From IMG/VR virus record IMGVR_UViG_2713896784_000022: 5,817 nucleotides of DNA; one strand, written 5' to 3'. This DNA comes from a virus (taxonomy: Duplodnaviria > Heunggongvirae > Uroviricota > Caudoviricetes). The position numbers and the translations under genes were made by a program. The stretch's first letter is position 1. The number at the start of each line of letters is the position of its first letter. Under the pieces are notes generated by a model. That model did not search any database. It was not told the origin of the DNA and was given only the letters and a program-made list of their open reading frames with translations. This document shows positions 1 through 5,578 of this stretch, piece after piece.

Positions 1-269
1 GCCACCAGCAGAGGCGGCATTGCCTTTTCGATCGCCGGTAACAGAGCCTGCATTTTTTCAACTGCATCAGGGGTGTCTTTCTCTATCCAGCGGAAAATTT
101 TCTGGGTATTGCGAGCCAGGGCTTCCGGATGGCTGTCGTCGTACAGTTCAGGAAACGTCATACCCAACTCAAAATAAGCCTGGGTTATTCCAGCTGCCGG
201 AACTTTTTCGCCATCAGGACGCGCCCAGGCATTCATCGCCATGCGGATGTGTTCATGCTTGATTTTCAT
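1..269 (-). CDS. Prophage early protein downstream of cro (YdaT/CII-like family, tentative); 3' end cut by window edge
   Basis: Minus-strand ATG at 269 preceded by a purine-rich AAGGGGGGA run (273-281). My own translation is open for all 89 codons to the window edge (MKIKHEHIRMAMNAWARPDGEKVPAAGITQAYFELGMTFPELYDDSHPEALARNTQKIFRWIEKDTPDAVEKMQALLPAIEKAMPPLLV...). Absent from the ORF track only because no stop lies inside the window. Co-directional with the cro-like gene and overlapping it by 17 nt. Family name is from memory of Rac YdaT-like proteins, not verified. Confidence 0.6.
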   Translation of the reverse strand, partial: MKIKHEHIRMAMNAWARPDGEKVPAAGITQAYFELGMTFPELYDDSHPEALARNTQKIFRWIEKDTPDAVEKMQALLPAIEKAMPPLLV

Positions 270-495
270 GAATCCCCCCTTGGTTAGAAGGCGGATTATG
301 ATCAGAATCGGGAATGACAACCGTCGGTATGTGTAACTCATATTTGAGCGCCCCGGCAGTGACTGCCTGAATTAGCAACGCCCATTTCCACGGAACGTCT
401 TCCCCCCACATGCTGACTGTGGTTTTTGACGTTCCTAGAGCGGCGGCTGTTTTAACAACTCCGCCAAAATAGCCTAATACTTCTGATTTTTTCAT
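253..495 (-). CDS. Cro/DicC-like small HTH regulator (80 aa)
   Basis: ORF-track frame 253..543 (minus), trimmed to the ATG at 495, which has a GGAG Shine-Dalgarno about 7 nt upstream (revcomp of 504-507). Product MKKSEVLGYFGGVVKTAAALGTSKTTVSMWGEDVPWKW... has the Cro/YdaS/DicC-type pattern (LG.S...VS.W). Divergent from the repressor gene, as in lambdoid immunity regions. Confidence 0.7.
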   Translation of the reverse strand: MKKSEVLGYFGGVVKTAAALGTSKTTVSMWGEDVPWKWALLIQAVTAGALKYELHIPTVVIPDSDHNPPSNQGGIHENQA

Positions 496-586
496 GAGTC
501 GCTCCATAAAACTGAACGCCAAAAGTTTAATAATCAAAACCAAAGAAAGTCAAGAAACAAAACCATCTGTGTTTTAAAATCAAAAC
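496..586. promoter_or_regulatory. Divergent immunity-region promoter/operator interval between cro-like and cI-like genes
   Basis: 91-bp AT-rich spacer between divergent starts (495 minus, 587 plus). Contains a 20-bp palindrome GTGTTTT-AAAATC-AAAACAT at 569-588 that overlaps the cI start codon, a -10-like TAAAAT at 575-580, and repeated AAAAC half-site motifs. No Shine-Dalgarno precedes ATG 587. Confidence 0.6.
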
Positions 587-1225
587 ATGAACAAGCAAAC
601 AATATCTGAACGCATAACCCAACGTATGCATGCGCTAAACTTGAAAGGCAAAGACCTTGTCAATGCCACTGGCGCATCAAAAGGCTCCGTAAGTCAATGG
701 ATGAACGGTGGAGGAGCGCCGTCCTCGCGTTACATAAGTTCACTGGCAAAGATATTGAAAGTAAACGAAAATTGGCTTCTTAATGGAGGAGAGTTAAATA
801 CAGGTGATTCGCTTGATCTATCTTTACCGCCGATAAAAACGGTTCCGCTACTATCACTTCAGCAGGCAGCAAGCTGGAGTGATTATATGAAAAATTCCTC
901 AATAACCTCTTGTGTGCAGCTTGTCGGAGAAATCCCGGCCAATACCTTTGCTGTTGTTCTAGAGAGTGACAGTATGTCGACATCTGGTGGTGGAGTTTCC
1001 ATCCCAAATGGTTCAACAGTTTTTGTTGATCCCGATCGAATCGTACAACCAGGAAATATTGTCCTTGCCTTACCCAAAGGGACCACAACGCCTGTCATTC
1101 GCAAACTGGAGATAGAAGGGCCGGATATTCTTTTAGTCCCCACGAATCCTCGCTACCCTTCAATTATGCTGGATGATCTATCTTGCATATTGGGAGTATG
1201 CTTTAAAATTCAACAAGATATTTAA
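587..1225 (+). CDS. CI-type prophage repressor: N-terminal XRE-family HTH plus C-terminal S24 (LexA-like) self-cleaving peptidase domain (212 aa)
   Basis: ORF-track 587..1225. N-terminus (ISERITQRMHALNLKGKDLVNATGASKGSVSQWMNGG) is a typical HTH_XRE segment. C-terminus carries the S24 signature serine in ESDSM and a downstream lysine (VIRKLE), consistent with the LexA/CI Ser-Lys dyad. No obvious Ala-Gly cleavage site seen in the linker. Confidence 0.85.
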   Translation: MNKQTISERITQRMHALNLKGKDLVNATGASKGSVSQWMNGGGAPSSRYISSLAKILKVNENWLLNGGELNTGDSLDLSLPPIKTVPLLSLQQAASWSDYMKNSSITSCVQLVGEIPANTFAVVLESDSMSTSGGGVSIPNGSTVFVDPDRIVQPGNIVLALPKGTTTPVIRKLEIEGPDILLVPTNPRYPSIMLDDLSCILGVCFKIQQDI

Positions 1226-1290
1226 CCAACCTCATCTATTTGATTAACTGTATGCCATCGTAGTGATGGCGTAACAGCTGCCTGCTTAAA

Positions 1291-1338
1291 ATGTTTTGAT
1301 AAAAAAACATTGACCTTAAATGTTCGTTTTTCTAAACT
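1291..1338 (+). promoter_or_regulatory. Candidate sigma70 promoter with overlapping operator palindrome upstream of the 1518/1670 operon
   Basis: Perfect palindrome ATGTTTT-GATAAA-AAAACAT at 1291-1310, abutting TTGACC (1310-1315, -35-like), a 17-nt spacer, and TAAACT (1333-1338, -10-like). An A-tract lies upstream. The half-sites are the same as those of the 569-588 palindrome. Confidence 0.4.
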
Positions 1339-1517
1339 TCATTCATTCCCTCACCCCGCCCCACAGAATGCAGGGCAATACTTCGAGTTACCAGGCAGTG
1401 GTCAGGGGTTAAGTAGCCAGCCCGAGGCGTAAGAACATGACGGCAGGGTTCAACTTTAATAACTATGCAGCAGGTTTTTGTTCCGCTACCCCGGCGTTAA
1501 GGGGAAATGAGGTCAAC

Positions 1518-1670
1518 ATGGATACGCTCAATCTTGGCAACAACGAATCTCTGGTATGTGGCGTGTTCCCCAACCAGGACGGTACGTTCACCGCGATGAC
1601 GTATACCAAAAGCAAAACGTTTAAAACTGAAGCTGGCGCGCGTCGCTGGTTAGCCAGAAACACTGACTGA
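1518..1670 (+). CDS. Small prophage protein, DUF1391-like (YdfA/YdaF-type), 50 aa; alternative start at 1437 would give 77 aa
   Basis: ORF-track 1437..1670. Internal ATG at 1518 has GAGG (1509-1512) 5 nt upstream and gives a 50-aa product (MDTLNLGNNESLVCGVFPNQDGTFTAMTYTKSKTFKTEAGARRWLARNTD), close to the ~51 aa of K-12 YdfA. First small gene after the repressor, as ydfA is after dicA. Family assignment is from memory and position, not from a search. Confidence 0.5.
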   Translation: MDTLNLGNNESLVCGVFPNQDGTFTAMTYTKSKTFKTEAGARRWLARNTD

Positions 1671-2320
1671 TGAGGTTGACGATGGAATTTAAAGATTTAC
1701 CTCCTTCAATCCAGGAGATTGCAGCACACACACTTCGTCATCGTCTGAACGAACTTGAATTGGAATCGGTAACGAAAAAAGACACTGATAATATGGCTCG
1801 TAATGTGCGCGATGCGTTTACCGGATTGTATTTCTGTGCGTCTATAAATAAACACGACTCAGAGAGTGTGGCAAATAAAATTGCAGAAACGACAGCGCAA
1901 AACATCAATACGAAACCAACGGAAGAAGAAATTGATCAGTTTGCTCATGATGCTGGTTTAAAAAACAAGAAAGAAAAATCGCCATATGCGGGGAACATGT
2001 TTGTTTATGACAATCTCATCAGAATTCGTGGCGAAATTCCGGCGGAATACCTGGCAAGAGTCCATCAGGCATTGCTTAAAAATTTGGAAACAGAATTATT
2101 TGATGGCAACACTAACGGTTTCTTCATGGTATCAGGCCTTGAGAAAGACTGGGATGCAGAAAAACGCTGGAATGTTGCTACATGGTTATTCAGTAACAGA
2201 GCCGCTGCACTGGAAGCTTCGGCATGTATTTGCGGCCTGTTCTTAACAGACCACAAATATAATCTGGATGTGTACAGTTATATTTACGCTGAACACGGTC
2301 CACTCTGGATTGACTGGTAA
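1670..2320 (+). CDS. Hypothetical protein, 216 aa (212 aa if started at ATG 1682); no recognisable domain
   Basis: ORF-track 1670..2320. ATG at 1670 overlaps the upstream stop (TGATG, translational coupling). Alternative ATG at 1682 has GAGG (1672-1675) 6 nt upstream. No transmembrane segment or motif I can name. Long uninterrupted frame with non-repetitive composition. Confidence 0.65.
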   Translation: MRLTMEFKDLPPSIQEIAAHTLRHRLNELELESVTKKDTDNMARNVRDAFTGLYFCASINKHDSESVANKIAETTAQNINTKPTEEEIDQFAHDAGLKNKKEKSPYAGNMFVYDNLIRIRGEIPAEYLARVHQALLKNLETELFDGNTNGFFMVSGLEKDWDAEKRWNVATWLFSNRAAALEASACICGLFLTDHKYNLDVYSYIYAEHGPLWIDW

Positions 2321-2530
2321 TTATAAGGAAACACCAGCAGGGCCGCGGCGACCAACAGAACGATTAAAATCAATAATGCCATTATAAAGGACATTATTTA
2401 ATTTATCGTCGAATGCTGATTCTGTGAGCCTCAACTCTGAATGAGTTTTTAATAACCCTGATTGCCTGAGTTGATTTACCAGGCATTCAATCTGTTTTTC
2501 AATAAGCGGATTTCTTTTTTTGTTTGGCAT
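2321..2530 (-). CDS. Hypothetical small protein, 69 aa (MPNKKRNPLIEKQIECLVNQLRQSGLL...)
   Basis: ORF-track 2321..2542 (minus). Second ATG at 2530 is preceded by GGAGG with 5-nt spacing (revcomp of 2536-2540), so 2530 is the likelier start. Its stop codon abuts the stop of the convergent 216-aa ORF (2318-2320 / 2321-2323). Confidence 0.5.
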   Translation of the reverse strand: MPNKKRNPLIEKQIECLVNQLRQSGLLKTHSELRLTESAFDDKLNNVLYNGIIDFNRSVGRRGPAGVSL

Positions 2531-2856
2531 TTTATCCTCCATTGAGGTTCTGGGTTAAAAATGGAGACCAACACGCTGTCACGTGTGGTCGTGCGCCGGA
2601 CACGGATAAGAATCCGGTACTGACAGTTTACTGAAAGGATATTTCCCTGAAAAGTCAGTGCATAACGCGAAAGCGTACGGCGAAGCTCTTTCCCTTAGAA
2701 GGCTTGTCGTTAGATTTCTTCGAACGTGCGCTTCCGGTTGTGGCACTCCGCGAAATGGCGCGGCGGTAAGTATGGCGGGGTTATTCCTTCCCCATTGAGG
2801 ACACCGGGTTGTCAGGTTGACCATACGCTTAAGTGACAACCCCGCTGCAACGCCCT

Positions 2857-2906
2857 NNNNNNNNNNNNNNNNNNNNNNNNNNNNNNNNNNNNNNNNNNNN
2901 NNNNNN
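2857..2906. other. Assembly gap (50 N), flanked on both sides by the identical 13-mer GCTGCAACGCCCT
   Basis: Run of 50 N at 2857-2906. The 13 nt at 2844-2856 are identical to the 13 nt at 2907-2919. Confidence 0.95.
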
Positions 2907-2930
2907 GCTGCAACGCCCTCTGTTATCAAT

Positions 2931-2988
2931 TTTCTGGTGACGTTTGGCGGTATCAGTTTTACTCCGTGGCTGCTCTGCCGCCCTTTTT
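2931..2988 (+). ncRNA. dicF: DicF-like antisense sRNA (ftsZ translation inhibitor of Qin/dic-type prophages)
   Basis: TTTCTGGTGACGTTTGGCGGTATCAGTTTTACTCCGTGGCTGCTCTGCCGCCCTTTTT matches my memory of E. coli DicF nearly base-for-base (one or two differences). It ends in a GGCGG...CCGCC stem plus U-run and sits about 170 bp upstream of a DicB-like gene, as in the K-12 dicB operon. The exact 5' end (RNase E processing site) cannot be read from sequence. Confidence 0.7.
2946..2988 (+). terminator. Rho-independent terminator forming the 3' end of DicF
   Basis: GGCGG (2946-2950) pairs with CCGCC (2978-2982), followed by C and TTTTT (2984-2988). The loop is large (27 nt), consistent with the DicF structure rather than a minimal terminator. 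Confidence 0.55.
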
Positions 2989-3157
2989 AAAGTGAATTTT
3001 GTGATGCGGTGAATGCGGCTAAGCGCACGCGGAACAGTTAAAACCAAAAACAGTGTTATGGGTGGATTCTCTGTATCCGGCGTTAATTGTTAACTGGTTA
3101 ACGTCACCTGGAGGCACCAGGCACTGCATCACAAAATTCATTGTTGAGGACGCGATA

Positions 3158-3346
3158 ATGGAAACGTTATTACCAAACGTTAATACGTCTGAAGGTTGTT
3201 TTGATATTGGTGTTCTGCTCAGTAACCGGGAGTTTACTGAAGATGCCATTAACATGAGGAAATATGAGCCTTATCTGCTCAATGATAATTCCATACTTTC
3301 CCGAATTGCTCTTCTTGAACTTGGTATTTTCGGAGAACGTCAATGA
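3158..3346 (+). CDS. dicB: DicB-like cell division inhibitor (62 aa)
   Basis: ORF-track frame 3053..3346 trimmed to ATG 3158, which has GAGGA (3145-3149) 8 nt upstream. Product METLLPNVNTSEGCFDIGVLLSNREFTEDAINMRKYEPYLLND... matches the N-terminal half of K-12 DicB as I remember it (MKTLLPNVNTSEGCFEIGV...TEDAIN.RK); the C-terminal half diverges. Same length as DicB (62 aa) and same position after dicF. Confidence 0.7.
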   Translation: METLLPNVNTSEGCFDIGVLLSNREFTEDAINMRKYEPYLLNDNSILSRIALLELGIFGERQ

Positions 3347-3531
3347 CTTCAGCATTTGCACTGATGATGACGGTTTTTCTTATAACGGGTGAATCACAGA
3401 ATGTGATTACCGGAATTTATGCCAGTAAAGAATCCTGCCTCCAGGCAAGAGACGAGCAAAAAATTTCTGGTGAATGCCTCCCGGTAAAAAAAGTATCGCT
3501 GTACCTGAATAACGAAACACCGGCTGGATAA
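3343..3531 (+). CDS. Small protein with hydrophobic N-terminal segment (62 aa); occupies the position of YdfD (Qin lysis protein)
   Basis: ORF-track 3343..3531. ATG overlaps the dicB-like stop (ATGA, coupled translation). N-terminus MTSAFALMMTVFLITG is hydrophobic (signal or membrane-anchor-like) and is followed by a polar, Cys-containing tail. YdfD identity is positional inference only. Confidence 0.55.
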   Translation: MTSAFALMMTVFLITGESQNVITGIYASKESCLQARDEQKISGECLPVKKVSLYLNNETPAG

Positions 3532-3623
3532 CCCTCCAGCCATATTAACACCATACCAACGGATTAAAAATGCCAGCAATGGCAGGGATTTGTTCACCCT
3601 TAAATCTGTAATGAGGTTTATCA

Positions 3624-4868
3624 ATGAGCACTGATAAAGAAGAATTTGCGCTATATTGCGAAGCAAAAAATGACAAAGTCAGAAAACGTCTGGGAATTAA
3701 AGGTGGTTTTTACTGGACTACAGCAAAAAAATTATCTGTTGCCATCTCCCGCTGCATTACCGCAATGGATGACAACGATTATGATGAAGACGACTTTAAA
3801 AAACCCGTTCGCGTCCATTTACCCGTTGTGAATGACCTTCCACCTGAAGGCGTGTTTGATACCGAATTCTGCAACCGATACGAAAAAGGCGGGGAAGATG
3901 GCATTACAATGGTATTTATCGCGCCCTCTCCCTCCGTGCAGGAGAAACCAGCCAGTACTGACAATACCAACGTCAACGGCGAAGACATGACGGAGATTGA
4001 GGAGAATATGCTCCTGCCGGTTTCTGGTCAGGAGCTGCCCATTCGCTGGCTTGCGCAACACGGCAGCGAAAAACCAGTAACGCACGTTGCACGGGAAGAA
4101 CTTCAGGCATTACATATAGCACGGGCGGAAGAACTGCCGGCTGTTACTGCCCTGGCCATTTCTCACAAAACAAAGCTGCTCGACCCGCTGGAGATTCGCG
4201 ACCTTCACAAACTGGTACGCGACACTGACAAAGTTTTCCCTAATCCCGGTAATTCAGACCTGGGACTGATAACTGCTTTTTTCGAGGCATACCTGGACGC
4301 TGACTACACTGATCGGGGTCTGCTGACAAAAGAGTGGATGAAAGGAAATCGTGTTTCGCGTATCACCCGTACGGCTTCCGGTGCAAATGCCGGTGGCGGG
4401 AACAAAACCGATCGCAATCCGAATTTAGTACACACCTTCGATACGCTGGATGTGGAGATTGCAGCAGCCACACTTCCGATGGATTTTAATATTTATGAAA
4501 TTCCGGGCAGCGTTTATCGTCGCGCAAAAGAAATCGTCCTGAAAAGAGAAAGTCCGTTCAAAGAATGGTCCGCAGCACTTCGCGCAACCCCGGGTATTCT
4601 GGACTATTCCCGCGCCGCTATTTTTGCACTTATCCGGAGCGCTCACCCTGAGTTTTATCACTACCCGGGACGCCTTCAGGGGTATATCAACGCCTACTTA
4701 ACGGAGACTGATCACGAGAACCCCAGCAAGGAAACTCTCACTGCTGCACGACATACACCGGAAAAAGATATCCTGGAAGAAGTTAACCGCGAACTGTCTG
4801 CTAAGCAGGAAACAGAAGAAGAAAATGATGAAGAAAAACCGCAACCATCTTGCGCAATGGCAGAATGA
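3624..4868 (+). CDS. Hypothetical acidic protein, 414 aa, unknown function (position corresponds to ydfE of the K-12 Qin locus)
   Basis: ORF-track 3624..4868. GAGG about 7 nt upstream of the ATG. Acidic clusters near the N-terminus (DDNDYDEDDF) and at the C-terminal tail (ETEEENDEEKPQP). No integrase, nuclease or NTPase motif recognised. Its stop lies 16 nt inside the integrase-remnant frame. Confidence 0.7.
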   Translation: MSTDKEEFALYCEAKNDKVRKRLGIKGGFYWTTAKKLSVAISRCITAMDDNDYDEDDFKKPVRVHLPVVNDLPPEGVFDTEFCNRYEKGGEDGITMVFIAPSPSVQEKPASTDNTNVNGEDMTEIEENMLLPVSGQELPIRWLAQHGSEKPVTHVAREELQALHIARAEELPAVTALAISHKTKLLDPLEIRDLHKLVRDTDKVFPNPGNSDLGLITAFFEAYLDADYTDRGLLTKEWMKGNRVSRITRTASGANAGGGNKTDRNPNLVHTFDTLDVEIAAATLPMDFNIYEIPGSVYRRAKEIVLKRESPFKEWSAALRATPGILDYSRAAIFALIRSAHPEFYHYPGRLQGYINAYLTETDHENPSKETLTAARHTPEKDILEEVNRELSAKQETEEENDEEKPQPSCAMAE

Positions 4869-5401
4869 TAATCAGAAGAAATCTGGCAAAAGACCGTTTT
4901 ACAGTACCAAAAACACAGGCGGGAACCAATCGTGTGATTCACCTTATTAAGCCCGCAATCGACGCTCTCCGGAGTCAGATGGCACTAACGAGACTGAGCA
5001 AAGAGCATATCATCGATGTTCACCTCAGAGAATTCGGCAGAACAGAGAAACAAAAATGTACCTTTGTTTTTCAACCTGAAGTGTCAGCGAAAGTAAAAAA
5101 TTATGGCGACCATTTTACCGTTGACTCAATAAGGCAGATGTGGGACGCAGCGGTAAAGCGTGCCGGAATCCGCCATCGCAAATCGTATCAGTCGAGACAC
5201 ACTTATGCCTGCTGGTCGTTAACAGCAGGAGCTAACCCGGCATTCATTGCAAACCAGATGGGCCATGCAGATGCGCAAATGGTGTTTCAGGTGTACGGGA
5301 AATGGATGTCAGAAAATAATAATGCGCAGGTAACGCTGTTAAATACACAGTTAAGCGAGTTTGCCCCAACCATGCCCCATAACGAAGCGATGAAAAGTTA
5401 A
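4850..5401 (+). pseudogene. Truncated tyrosine recombinase (phage integrase) C-terminal catalytic fragment
   Basis: ORF-track 4850..5401 (TTG start; in-frame stop at 4829-4831). Retains the beta-hairpin lysine context (VPKTQAGTNRVIHL), the box II motif SRHTYACWSLTAGANPAFIANQMGHADAQ, and the nucleophile tyrosine (VFQVYGKWM). The N-terminal arm/core-binding domains and the box I arginine (TGxR) are absent. The integrase frame is closed 7 codons upstream of 4850 and the preceding sequence encodes the unrelated 414-aa ORF in another frame. Confidence 0.65.
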
Positions 5402-5578
5402 TTTTTTATTTATCAATTAGTTAGATTGAATGACTCTTGAAATCCATAATTCATAGATGTTTTTTACTATTCTGTGGGTTTTTGGGTGTTTTCTAAGTTT
5501 TTTCAGATGGTTGTATTTTTTCTAAAAATCCCTAATCTCGATTTTGCTGTTTATTTGAGGCCTTTTTATGTCCCATAT

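Noticed and set aside
20-262. Plus-strand 80-aa ORF from the track
   Set aside because: It lies entirely antisense to a minus-strand frame that is open for 89 codons with a good start context (the YdaT-like gene). It has no ribosome-binding site and a low-complexity composition.
780-1143. Minus-strand ORFs 780..1088 and 883..1143
   Set aside because: Both are embedded antisense within the repressor gene, which has clear HTH and S24 motifs. Their translations are Arg/Gln-rich with no start signals.
1254-1270. Hairpin GCCATC-gtagt-GATGGC after the repressor stop as a terminator
   Set aside because: It is a perfect 6-bp stem but has no following U-tract, so it is not a convincing intrinsic terminator. 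It may be an RNA-processing or protein-binding site.
1463-1663. Minus-strand 66-aa ORF
   Set aside because: Antisense to the DUF1391-like gene, with no ribosome-binding site; most likely a shadow ORF.
1986-2256. ORFs 1986..2246 (+) and 2065..2256 (-)
   Set aside because: Alternate-frame and antisense ORFs nested inside the 216-aa ORF; no independent start signals.
2591-2597. GTGCGCC resembling a group II intron 5' end
   Set aside because: Only a 7-nt match. No domain V consensus and no intron-encoded reverse transcriptase ORF anywhere in the window; treated as coincidence.
2571-2856. Retron msr/msd ncRNA
   Set aside because: No reverse transcriptase gene follows, and I found no long a1/a2 terminal inverted repeats. 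It cannot be fully excluded because of the gap, but it is unsupported.
2579-3047. Minus-strand ORFs 2579..2929 and 2829..3047 spanning the N run
   Set aside because: Both read through the 50-N gap (X residues), so continuity is an artefact. The real-sequence portions are Arg/Pro/Gly-rich, as expected of GC-rich noncoding DNA read in frame.
3019-3361. Minus-strand ORFs 3019..3255 and 3170..3361
   Set aside because: Antisense to dicF and the dicB-like gene, which are supported by remembered sequence similarity and ribosome-binding sites.
3394-3666. Minus-strand 90-aa ORF
   Set aside because: Antisense to the 3343-3531 gene and the start of the 414-aa ORF, with no start signals.
3646-4942. Internal ORFs 3646..3831 (+), 3779..3988 (-), 3819..4085 (-), 4425..4661 (-), 4712..4942 (-)
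   Set aside because: All are nested within or antisense to the 414-aa ORF, which has a ribosome-binding site and a long uninterrupted frame. None has independent support.
5402-5578. LexA (SOS) box upstream of the DinI-like gene
   Set aside because: I scanned by eye for CTG-N10-CAG and found none; a degenerate site cannot be excluded without a matrix scan.
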